Notes: a model not told the origin generated them from the letters alone. Positions 7,901-14,865 are shown, counted from the stretch's first letter. The stretch: 45,913 bases of DNA from Candidatus Pacearchaeota archaeon (GCA_046706965.1 JBJKOX010000012.1:1-45913), one strand, 5' to 3'. Made by a program: numbers and translations.

Positions 7901-10900
7901 TGTTACTACGTGGAGAGATATCCAGCTTGAATCAAGCCTTTTGGGCTCAAGTGATAAAACTGTAAGTCAAACTGCATTGAGCGCCTTGCAGTCTGATCTA
8001 GGAACCTGGTATGGGAACAATGAAGCGGCTACACAGGTTACGAAACAGGCTCAGAGCTTGGGAGTGGACCCTTCCAAGGTTACTCAGGTAGGTTCACCGA
8101 ATACTAAGACCGAACCTTATCTGGGGCTTACTTATAATGACATTCAAAATAAAGTTAGCTTGAGCGGCGTAGCTCCTAGTACCCCTATTGCAATTTTACA
8201 AAATAGAAACACTGGACTTTTATATTATGCAGTACTTGCTTCAGTTCAGGGGGGATATGGTATATCAAAAATTTATGATCAGACAGGATCTTTGGCATAT
8301 GATGCCTCTAAGACTACAACTCCCTCTAGTACTACAAGCGGAACACAAAAGAGCACCCCTAATAATAACCTACTTACAACCTTAGGACTAGAAGGAGTTG
8401 AGTTTAAAGTAAATCCTTACCAGAATCAAATTATCAATCCAGAAGTTTCCTATTATAATACTGGGCCTTATGCAGGGCTACCTGCGGTTATTCCTTTTGA
8501 CCCAAAAGATGGATGGTATGCCTACATACAGTCTGTTTTACCTACGGGCAGCAGCTCAAACTCAATAACTCCTTATGATAAATCTGGAAGAGTTTCGACT
8601 TTATACCTTTGCAATGTTGGCTCAGTTGGTATTGTTCAGGGTCCTTCAGGAGATTCATGTGTGCAGGAAAATCTTGCTACAGGCCAGGCATACACTAACT
8701 TTGGAGGACTTTCACAAGCTCAAACAAATCAGTATATACAGTGTGCAGTTAGTGCGGTTCAGCAAGCTTCCCAGAAATATAAATCAGGTGTGAGTTCGAT
8801 ATCAATAAGTACCTCTTGTGGAGGATCTGTATCTCTTAAAGTGGGAGCACCCTCTATCGGAACCCCTGCGATACAATGTGAAGATTTCATGTCCCCTTCA
8901 GACTGCAGTCTTCTTTTCAACGTTTGTGATCCTGTAGTTTGTCCTACAAGCAGGTGCAATCTTGGAGGGGCATATCCCGTATCAAATGTTGTCCAGTCAG
9001 GGATTATTGGAAGCGTCGCATTATGCTATCCTAATGCAAAGTGGCAAGGAGGTACTGACTATTTGCCTGTTTGTGTTACAGGGGTTAAGGCAGGACTTGA
9101 TGGGTATATAAGCATGCTGAAGTCCTTCAATTCGTGTTTGAATACAAGTTTACAGACAGGGCAAGTTGTGGGAATCTGTGACGAGATAAGCGCATTTTAC
9201 AAGTGCAATTTCTTCTGGAATGATGTTTATCCACTGGCAAAGCAGGGGGCTATTTCTGTTCTTGAGTCCTCACAGGGTGAACATACTTCAGGAGGAGGAG
9301 AATATCTTAATGTACAAAACGCTATATCTAACGCGAAGAGTGCTGCTAATTATTTCACACAAACTTATAGTGCACAGTCTTCCCAGGCATTCCAAGCTAG
9401 GAGTACACAGAGCCTTCAGGCAGATGTTTGCAGTCAATATGTTTCTGCGGTTGTGCCTGAAGCTAGTAGTATCATGAATTCTCTAAGTGCTCAAGCCTCC
9501 CCTCCACAATATTTCGGATTTTTCCAATCAACACCTTACACTACAGACACAAATCCCCCAATCTCGGAGTACAAAGTTTTTTATCACATTTATGCGGGAC
9601 AGTATCCCGCTTACTATGAGGTTTATCTGAAGGGTACTCAGGGTTCATATTATCAAGATACTGCACCTACCTATCAACTTGCTCAAGGTTATATTGCATC
9701 AGGACAATCGGTGGATCAAACTCCTGACTTCACCGCTCCTACTGGCTACAATCAACTTTGTATAAATGTAAATGGTCAAGAGGATTGCAACTTTAATGAG
9801 GTATCTACAAACTTCGCTGCAAATTATCTTGCTCAGGCATATACTGCTAATCAGGCATCTCAAAATGATATTACCACAACGGCCGGATGTAGTTCTACAA
9901 ATGGAATTGTAAGGGTTTGTGCAACTAATAGTCCTGGGCAAGGGACAGACCCTAATTATGGCACAACCAATGCGATATGGCAGCCTGTAGGATATTGTGA
10001 TACCCCCAATATGAAGTGCTGGCTTAATGAACAGAGTGTCACAAGTACTATAACGGATCAGAATCTGGCGCAAGGTGCTCTGCAAACAGCTACTGCAAAT
10101 GTCCAATCATACCTTTCTTCAAATTATATACATCCTGCAGACTTTTCAGGAATAGTCTCCGCAATACAATCTCTAAGCGATCCTTTAACAATTGTTAATA
10201 ATATAACTGCGACTCTTGCCAAGATTTATTATCCTAATGAAACAGGGTACCTTACACTTTTGAGGGGAGATACATATGCAATCCTTGCCGAGGACGCGCT
10301 TTTAGCTGCTAGGAGTGGTACATCTAGTTCCGTAACACCATGTGTTAATGTCACAACAGGCCCTGTAATGACTCTCCCTATTCCCTCAGGAATGACGTGG
10401 GGACAATATTGTACTAATGCAGGTAGCAATTACGCAAGTTGCACTCCCGCCACGTGTAGTGCAAATGAAGCAGGCACATCTACATTATGTGTTAATGTCA
10501 CAACAGGCCCCGCAATGACTCTCCCTATTCCTCCCGGAATGACTCAAGAACAATATTGTACTAATGCAGGTAGCAATTACGCAAGTTGCACTCCTGTCGC
10601 TTGCCCTGTGACAAATAATCAATTGACTCAAGAAACTTCCACTTCTGGTCAGTTTACTGCCTCTAACTCACTTAAGAGCGCTATAGCAAATTCAGATTAT
10701 TCTAATCTACAATACCCTCTACTTAATCTTAATAACATTTATTATCTTTATGTTGACGGGAATTGGTATTGGTCTACTGACAAAGACAGGTGGATAAGTT
10801 CAGATCTTTCAAGCCAGTTTTATGTTTCCGATAATACCCCTGTTCAGGCAATATCTACAACTACTTTAAATTTCAACCAACAATCTAGTTCTAACCAAGC

Positions 10901-11864
10901 GCTTATAAAATCTCTTGTGGGTGTTTCCTATGGAGGTGGCTTAAATCTACTTATAGGATTTGAAGAAAAGAATGGAGGTGGTTTTATTGGTATTGGTGGC
11001 TACCCTCTTTCAACAGAACATGTTTCCATGGATTCTAGTGGAGTCTTCAAGGTTAATATAATCTCCTCTACCTCTGCTCTTCAAGGCTACCTCTTTCAAT
11101 ATTCTAATGGACAGTGGATACTTCCTCAAGGAAATCAGGTTCCTGAAATTACTAATTTACTTAACTCTCTTGCAGGGAAATCTTTTTCAGAAGGCGCACA
11201 GATTCTCTTTTCAATTGACTCTGCAGGTGCGCCTAGCACTGCTACTTCTACCACTACCTCCGGAACCGGATCAACTACAGGAATTTCATGTACTACTCAA
11301 TCTAGTTGCCAAATAGCATTAGGTAATCAAATAATGAATATTGCACAACAGGTGGCAACAAAATATTCCATATCCGACGCTCAGGTCCAACAGGACACGG
11401 GTGTGAAAAGTTTTGCTTGCCTAGCTTTATTGGTCTCTAATCTTGAGAGTGGGATACAACAATGTGTAACTTATCAACAAAACGGAAACCCTTTATATTG
11501 CGAGGGTAATCCTGGTCAAGTATTGGGTGGAGATTCTACCCAAGGGGGGAGCTTCGGAGCCATGCAAGTAAATAAGGCTGCACAATCCAATGCTTTTACA
11601 AGTTCAAACCCAAATAATGCATATAATTTCAATTACAACGTGAATTATGCTCTCAACCTTTTAGCTGGCGATTACACCACAATACCTCGAACTTACGTAT
11701 GTAATTCTAAAACTTATAGTGGATGGGAGGCTGCATTGAGAAGTTATAATGGGTGGACGTCTTCTGCTGCAGGTTGCACATCAGGGAATATTAATTATGT
11801 AGAACAAGTTCTTGGGACAAACAACAAAAATCAGGTTAATGCTTTATTCCCCCAGTGTGCCTAA
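4989..11864 (+). CDS. giant (2,291 aa) secreted surface protein with a C-terminal lytic-transglycosylase (SLT-like) domain
   Basis: An uninterrupted 6.9-kb ORF starts 1 nt after the previous stop. The alternative start at 5046 gives MKNIFLILGTIFLMFFLVSQVSA-TYQ, a classic Sec signal peptide. The composition is S/T/N/Q/G-rich. There is a 10-Cys core, a tandem 49-aa Cys module, a T/S linker, and then the ES...GAMQVN...YNGW motifs. Confidence 0.9.
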   Translation: MKITFTEDNRIKRQGTNKNMKNIFLILGTIFLMFFLVSQVSATYQTTYNPAFSPTSTNYNVGNILSIIGNNQCSPSQDFILQINPTGCEDTPVRSDLLADQNVPVFCPVIATKINPLINVNDINSITFTGNFPPGVEGVTFVPYRAALSPATITSTGVSLQTGLTQQQIGGNIGYVVIVLKQQANESAIPKWINGTLTAHMNYNIQNAFGVGQVNYYLPDTTDQQWAQNYNSYSFWGGRGFLRATGITGNSATISVYSSTNVPNTPGNQKVLVSQSTLNVGQTSSSIPISGFSYCFGNMNVKLNGLQNPDTMAKLDVNGNTLELPAGQSFINGQCKLNSVSAQGIVSTASISCQTDTGNVNLPPLTISPQINLSVNGAPSKAYSVGDLLSATSDPSEFVYLGYIGRDSSGNLFIVPVVSPAQSSAAFKQTTIYNALPAAMQYMSWNSGSKSENLLKSVLGTLAGSLGSSTSWLVAGTAPLGTITQASNGGKGTFNSFNNIAVLSETINNLFSSGNVQDIVNNININGLVGPQDVPLSGDSKTYYDNAIKDYQSVIASYSQASYPDGNPVTFGEETLAHEAQFSYDMGQKATAQQLCKQLSNSYPDSQLIPNFCSNLDALASPTTSSQSVNINGQTYDISLEDVIQPTLSDYGVNITINQPGQPTLYAQLSKNQRYYISSTDYISLTGLTANSATFDISGVTPPALQQYTIASSSITAQLNGPYQTFGKNKYTLAVTGINLHQLASVTVQPNINYMNTNASFPFNIGVEKRAISLTPNQTRSLMNSTTDKIQKWTSISNQLGTVVTDMQDTCQAVGAYLTIKNFISDLSGEGLARAKVMSGPNGWAQKCADAVKNKKDPDTGAPATYTSVDACLIAHSSEIDNAVTVYQNAMNSQDQTYKNIQSQPGVSSSSNFLGQTVVDNSKVLAATVTSTATSAVASEASSAGLSTIKIKGQNVPVSEIMNAVSPTNIDVTTWRDIQLESSLLGSSDKTVSQTALSALQSDLGTWYGNNEAATQVTKQAQSLGVDPSKVTQVGSPNTKTEPYLGLTYNDIQNKVSLSGVAPSTPIAILQNRNTGLLYYAVLASVQGGYGISKIYDQTGSLAYDASKTTTPSSTTSGTQKSTPNNNLLTTLGLEGVEFKVNPYQNQIINPEVSYYNTGPYAGLPAVIPFDPKDGWYAYIQSVLPTGSSSNSITPYDKSGRVSTLYLCNVGSVGIVQGPSGDSCVQENLATGQAYTNFGGLSQAQTNQYIQCAVSAVQQASQKYKSGVSSISISTSCGGSVSLKVGAPSIGTPAIQCEDFMSPSDCSLLFNVCDPVVCPTSRCNLGGAYPVSNVVQSGIIGSVALCYPNAKWQGGTDYLPVCVTGVKAGLDGYISMLKSFNSCLNTSLQTGQVVGICDEISAFYKCNFFWNDVYPLAKQGAISVLESSQGEHTSGGGEYLNVQNAISNAKSAANYFTQTYSAQSSQAFQARSTQSLQADVCSQYVSAVVPEASSIMNSLSAQASPPQYFGFFQSTPYTTDTNPPISEYKVFYHIYAGQYPAYYEVYLKGTQGSYYQDTAPTYQLAQGYIASGQSVDQTPDFTAPTGYNQLCINVNGQEDCNFNEVSTNFAANYLAQAYTANQASQNDITTTAGCSSTNGIVRVCATNSPGQGTDPNYGTTNAIWQPVGYCDTPNMKCWLNEQSVTSTITDQNLAQGALQTATANVQSYLSSNYIHPADFSGIVSAIQSLSDPLTIVNNITATLAKIYYPNETGYLTLLRGDTYAILAEDALLAARSGTSSSVTPCVNVTTGPVMTLPIPSGMTWGQYCTNAGSNYASCTPATCSANEAGTSTLCVNVTTGPAMTLPIPPGMTQEQYCTNAGSNYASCTPVACPVTNNQLTQETSTSGQFTASNSLKSAIANSDYSNLQYPLLNLNNIYYLYVDGNWYWSTDKDRWISSDLSSQFYVSDNTPVQAISTTTLNFNQQSSSNQALIKSLVGVSYGGGLNLLIGFEEKNGGGFIGIGGYPLSTEHVSMDSSGVFKVNIISSTSALQGYLFQYSNGQWILPQGNQVPEITNLLNSLAGKSFSEGAQILFSIDSAGAPSTATSTTTSGTGSTTGISCTTQSSCQIALGNQIMNIAQQVATKYSISDAQVQQDTGVKSFACLALLVSNLESGIQQCVTYQQNGNPLYCEGNPGQVLGGDSTQGGSFGAMQVNKAAQSNAFTSSNPNNAYNFNYNVNYALNLLAGDYTTIPRTYVCNSKTYSGWEAALRSYNGWTSSAAGCTSGNINYVEQVLGTNNKNQVNALFPQCA
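10341..10594 (+). repeat. in-frame tandem duplication (147-bp period) encoding two 4-Cys modules
   Basis: Segments 10341-10447 and 10488-10594 are near-identical at the DNA level. They encode CVNVTTGPVMTLPIPSGMTWGQYCTNAGSNYASCTP and CVNVTTGPAMTLPIPPGMTQEQYCTNAGSNYASCTP. Confidence 0.9.
11380..11800 (+). other. SLT / family-1 lytic transglycosylase-like catalytic domain of the giant protein
   Basis: The motifs appear in canonical order: E-S (candidate catalytic Glu codon at 11445-11447, ...NLESGIQQC...), G-A-M-Q-V-N (11562 onward) and A-L-R-S-Y-N-G-W (about 11735-11757). A TSTTTSGTGSTTG linker precedes the domain. Confidence 0.7.
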
Positions 11865-11874
11865 TTTCTAAACC

Positions 11875-11882
11875 TTTTTATA
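11875..11882 (+). promoter_or_regulatory. putative TATA box of tRNA-Leu
   Basis: AACC-TTTTTATA is centred about 27 nt upstream of tRNA position 1. A near-identical AACCTTTTTAT element precedes tRNA-Arg(UCG) at about 35413-35423. Confidence 0.4.
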
Positions 11883-11905
11883 CTGAAATAATTCTTTAAT
11901 TTTGA

Positions 11906-11989
11906 GCGGAGATGCCGGAGTGGTCAAACGGAACAGGTTTAGGCCCTGTTGGCTTAGTGCCTACCTAGGTTCAAATCCTAGTCTCCGCA
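11906..11989 (+). tRNA. tRNA-Leu(UAG), long variable arm
   Basis: GCGGAGA TG CCG GAGTGGTCAAA CGG A ACAGG TTTAGGC CCTGT TGGCTTAGTGCCTAC CTAGG TTCAAAT CCTAG TCTCCGC A. All stems pair. Confidence 0.9.
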
Positions 11990-12016
11990 TTTTATTTTTT
12001 AGAAAAATAATGAATC

Positions 12017-12943
12017 CTAATTTTTTACATGTATTTCACTTTCTTTTTGCTTGATTTTATCTTCTAATTTAAGTTTTTCAATTAGTTCTTTGTATCTATT
12101 TCTTATTGTTACTTCTGTTATACCTGCAATATCTGCTACTTCTCTCTGGGTTTTTTTCTCATCATTCATTAATGCGGCTACATAAAGTGCTGCAGCAGCA
12201 ATTCCCGCAGGACCTCTCCCTGATGTAAGTTCTACATCTTCCGCTTGTTTCAGAACTTTAAGTGCATTATTCTGTGTTTTTGGCGAAAGTTTCAATACTG
12301 AAGAGAATCTTGAAATGTAATCCTTAGGACTTGATTGTTTTACCTTTATTCCCAGTTTTCTGATTATGAACCTGTAGGTCCTTCCAATTTCTTTTCTTTC
12401 AACATCTGAGGCCGTTGCCATCTCATCAAGAGTTCTAGGGATGTTATATGATCTACATGCTGCATAAAGACAAGCAGCAATTACAGACTCCATGCTCCTG
12501 CCCCGAACAAGCCCTCTTTGAAGAACATAATTATATATTCTTGCTGCATCATCACGCACTACATTAGGTAAATGTAAATATGAGGATATGACCCTTAATT
12601 CTGCCATAGCTAGCCTTAAGTTACGTTCAATAGATGTTGAAACACGTTCTTGCCATTTTTTGAGCCTAAGGAATTTTCTAGTCTGTTTTGGATCTAGTCT
12701 ATAAATATCAGATATTTCTCCTACATTTGTTGTAAGGCCCTTATCAAACTTCTGGATACTTGTTGGTGCACCTCCCCTCCCTTTCTTTTCACCCTTATCA
12801 AACTTACTAGAAAGATCCACACCAGTGTCTACCATTTTCTCTTCAACTACAAGTCCGCAATCATTGCAGATTACTTCTCCAAGATGGGGATCATATGTAA
12901 GATGAATGCTTCCACACTCAGGACATTTTTTTATAAAGGCCAT
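12017..12943 (-). CDS. tfb: transcription initiation factor B (TFB/TFIIB)
   Basis: The 308-aa protein has an N-terminal Zn ribbon (CPECGS...CNDCGLVV), a B-reader/linker and two cyclin-fold repeats (...RGRSMESVIAACLYAACR... and ...GRGPAGIAAAALYVAA...). Confidence 0.95.
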   Translation of the reverse strand: MAFIKKCPECGSIHLTYDPHLGEVICNDCGLVVEEKMVDTGVDLSSKFDKGEKKGRGGAPTSIQKFDKGLTTNVGEISDIYRLDPKQTRKFLRLKKWQERVSTSIERNLRLAMAELRVISSYLHLPNVVRDDAARIYNYVLQRGLVRGRSMESVIAACLYAACRSYNIPRTLDEMATASDVERKEIGRTYRFIIRKLGIKVKQSSPKDYISRFSSVLKLSPKTQNNALKVLKQAEDVELTSGRGPAGIAAAALYVAALMNDEKKTQREVADIAGITEVTIRNRYKELIEKLKLEDKIKQKESEIHVKN

Positions 12944-13038
12944 TTTAAGAAAATAACTTATTTAGGTATAGTTTATAAATCTTTTGTATTTATAAACCTT
13001 TCGTTTTTTGAATTTATGCTAGGGTAGTAAAAACAGAA

Positions 13039-13407
13039 TTATTTGATATCTTCTATACGGACTCCACTGATTGTACCCTCTTGCCCTGGCCTATTTGTTA
13101 TTCTGACTTTTCCCACTTCTGTCTCAACTATTGTGCCCTTCGTGATTACATTCTGGCGTGCTAGGAATCTGTTTGAAGGGGTTTCTACAACATTTTTTAT
13201 CTCCAATCTCCTTGCCTTACCTTTATTTCCGATTGTTACAAATTTTGTGTTGAAAAGGAATGTTTTTTTGTTCCCCCCCATTGTTCTTACAGATTTTCTT
13301 TTTACTTCCCCTAATCTAACTAATCTTTTCTGACCTGGCATCTCGTAAGACTTCTTCTTCCTCGGTTTATGGTATTTTCCCCCGGAAATTTTTCTTCCTT
13401 TCTTCAT
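13039..13407 (-). CDS. rps8e: 30S ribosomal protein S8e (eS8)
   Basis: From the internal Met the protein reads MKKGRKISGGKYHKPRKKKSYEMPGQ...RLEIKNVVETPSN...GTISGVRI, which is S8e-like. The track ORF extends to 13482, but those extra 25 codons are non-homologous and lie in AT-rich promoter-like sequence. Confidence 0.85.
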   Translation of the reverse strand: MKKGRKISGGKYHKPRKKKSYEMPGQKRLVRLGEVKRKSVRTMGGNKKTFLFNTKFVTIGNKGKARRLEIKNVVETPSNRFLARQNVITKGTIVETEVGKVRITNRPGQEGTISGVRIEDIK

Positions 13408-13532
13408 GAGAAAAAATGATAAATTTAGTTTAAATAGGTTTCTATCTTTGATTTTAGATTCAGGCGAAATATTTATAAACAAGTTTCATCGAGATAGATT
13501 ATAGTCAAGATTTGTTTTGACTTTGAAATAAA

Positions 13533-13784
13533 ATGGCTAACGGAATTGAAAGACCTCTTGATCTTTTGAACAACTCTAAAGGCAAAGAAGTTCTTGTGCA
13601 CTTGAAGGGCGACAAACAGTTTGTAGGCACGCTTTTGGCTTTTGATATCCATATTAACCTTGTTTTAGATAACATCAAGGAAATGGAAAACAATGAAATA
13701 AAGCGAAACCTTGGACTTACGTTCCTTAGAGGAGATACAATTATCTTCATCTCGCCTGCTTCGACTGCTTTGAAAAAAGAGTGA
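13533..13784 (+). CDS. archaeal Sm-like (LSm/SmAP) protein
   Basis: The 83-aa protein has Sm1 (VLVHLKGDKQFVGTLLAFDIHINLVL) and Sm2 (FLRGDTIIFIS) motifs. Confidence 0.9.
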   Translation: MANGIERPLDLLNNSKGKEVLVHLKGDKQFVGTLLAFDIHINLVLDNIKEMENNEIKRNLGLTFLRGDTIIFISPASTALKKE

Positions 13785-13839
13785 TTCTTAATTGAGGATT
13801 TCTGGTTAAGTTTTTAAGGATTAATTTGTTTAGTTGCAC

Positions 13840-14748
13840 ATGCCAGAAGCAATAAAATTACATTTTCTTGGAACAGGGAGCATGATTCCTGATGCAAAGC
13901 GAGGGCACCCTGCTTTTCTATTGACTTACGGGGCAGAGAACATACTTATTGATTGTGGAGAAGGAACACAAATACAATTTAGGAAGGCACATCTTAATCC
14001 CTGTAAGGTAACGAAGATATTAATTACTCATTGGCATGGGGTTCATACATTCGGATTACCTGGATTTTTGAGAACTCTAGCTACTTCAGGGTACAAGAAG
14101 AAACTTGAAATTTATGGACCTTATGGATTTAAAAAACATATGGGTGAAATGTTTAGAGCATTCGGGGGAATTAATGAATATGAGATCTCTATCCATGAGA
14201 TCAACTCTTCAGGGAAATTTTTTGAAAGCTCTGGATTTTTCCTTGAATCTGAGAAAATGATTCATGTTCAACCTTGTAATTCATATAATTTTATAGCAAA
14301 GGGACATTCAAGAATCGACAAGATAAAAATGAAAAAGTTGAAGTTACCTCAAGGAGAACATTTACAAAAACTAAAGTCAGGAAAAGATATCACTATTAAT
14401 GGAAAGAAATTCAAGGCAAAAGATATATTGTTCAGAGAAGATGATAGAAAGATATCTTTCGTTATGGATACAAAGATAAATAAAAAAATTGTGCCCTTTG
14501 TAAAAGATGCGGAAGTACTTGTTTCTGAAGCTACATTTGGGAAAGGGGATGAGAAACTTGCAGAGGCATACCAGCATCTTACTGCTGAACAAGCAGCAAT
14601 GATTGCAAAGAAAGCCAATGTAAAAAAGCTATATATAACTCATTTGAGCGCGCGTAATGATGGTAATCTGAAAGAATTTTTGGCGGATGCTAAAAAGATT
14701 TTTCCTGAAACCTTTCTTGCGAATGAATTGATGGAAATCGATATGTAA
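13840..14748 (+). CDS. rnz: ribonuclease Z (tRNA 3' endonuclease, metallo-beta-lactamase fold) with an atypical metal motif
   Basis: RNase Z features are FLGTGS...PAFLL...ILIDCGEGTQ, ITHWHGVH (at the HxHxDH position), SEATF and ITHLSARN. I prefer the ATG at 13840 to the TTG at 13834 used by the track. Confidence 0.8.
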   Translation: MPEAIKLHFLGTGSMIPDAKRGHPAFLLTYGAENILIDCGEGTQIQFRKAHLNPCKVTKILITHWHGVHTFGLPGFLRTLATSGYKKKLEIYGPYGFKKHMGEMFRAFGGINEYEISIHEINSSGKFFESSGFFLESEKMIHVQPCNSYNFIAKGHSRIDKIKMKKLKLPQGEHLQKLKSGKDITINGKKFKAKDILFREDDRKISFVMDTKINKKIVPFVKDAEVLVSEATFGKGDEKLAEAYQHLTAEQAAMIAKKANVKKLYITHLSARNDGNLKEFLADAKKIFPETFLANELMEIDM

Positions 14749-14780
14749 TCCTATTAAAAGCTTAGGAGTTGTTTTTTATA

Positions 14781-14853
14781 AGCGAGGACCGGGATTCGAA
14801 CCCGGGAATACTCGGGCTGCAACCGAGCGCGTTAGCCACTTCGCCATCCCCGC
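14781..14853 (-). tRNA. tRNA-Cys(GCA)
   Basis: The minus strand reads GCGGGGA TG GCGA AGTGGCTA ACGC G CTCGG TTGCAGC CCGAG TATTC CCGGG TTCGAAT CCCGG TCCTCGC T. Confidence 0.85.
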
Positions 14854-14865
14854 ATGTTTTTTCAG

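Noticed and set aside
5479-10429. The ORF track lists many 60-135-aa ORFs inside the giant gene on both strands (5479-5670, 5856-6050, 6597-6782, 6700-6882, 7467-7676, 8188-8385, 8575-8793, 8759-8959, 9220-9477, 9699-10106, 10229-10429, and also 11107-11316).
   Set aside because: All are nested in or antisense to a 6.9-kb uninterrupted ORF that has coherent protein features. They lack SD or promoter context and have odd Cys/Arg/His/Leu-rich compositions typical of shadow frames.
10341-10594. The two near-identical ~107-bp copies could be a template/variable repeat pair of a diversity-generating retroelement, which is common in DPANN surface proteins.
   Set aside because: Both copies are in-frame modules of the same ORF. 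Their mismatches are not adenine-specific (for example T to C changes, and the loop differs by mixed substitutions). No reverse transcriptase or accessory gene is present in the window.
2558-11989. The giant-gene block bracketed by tRNA-Val and tRNA-Leu could be an integrated genomic island or mobile element.
   Set aside because: I saw no integrase, transposase or plasmid/viral genes and no direct repeat of either tRNA 3' end. The compositional shift can be explained by amino-acid content. It is therefore kept as a finding rather than called a mobile element.
13408-13482. The track gives a 25-codon N-terminal extension of the S8e ORF (MFINISPESKIKDRNLFKLNLSFFL).
   Set aside because: S8e homologs begin at the basic M-K/G...GGK segment. 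The extension is non-homologous, lies in AT-rich promoter-like DNA and would place a hydrophobic peptide on a ribosomal protein.
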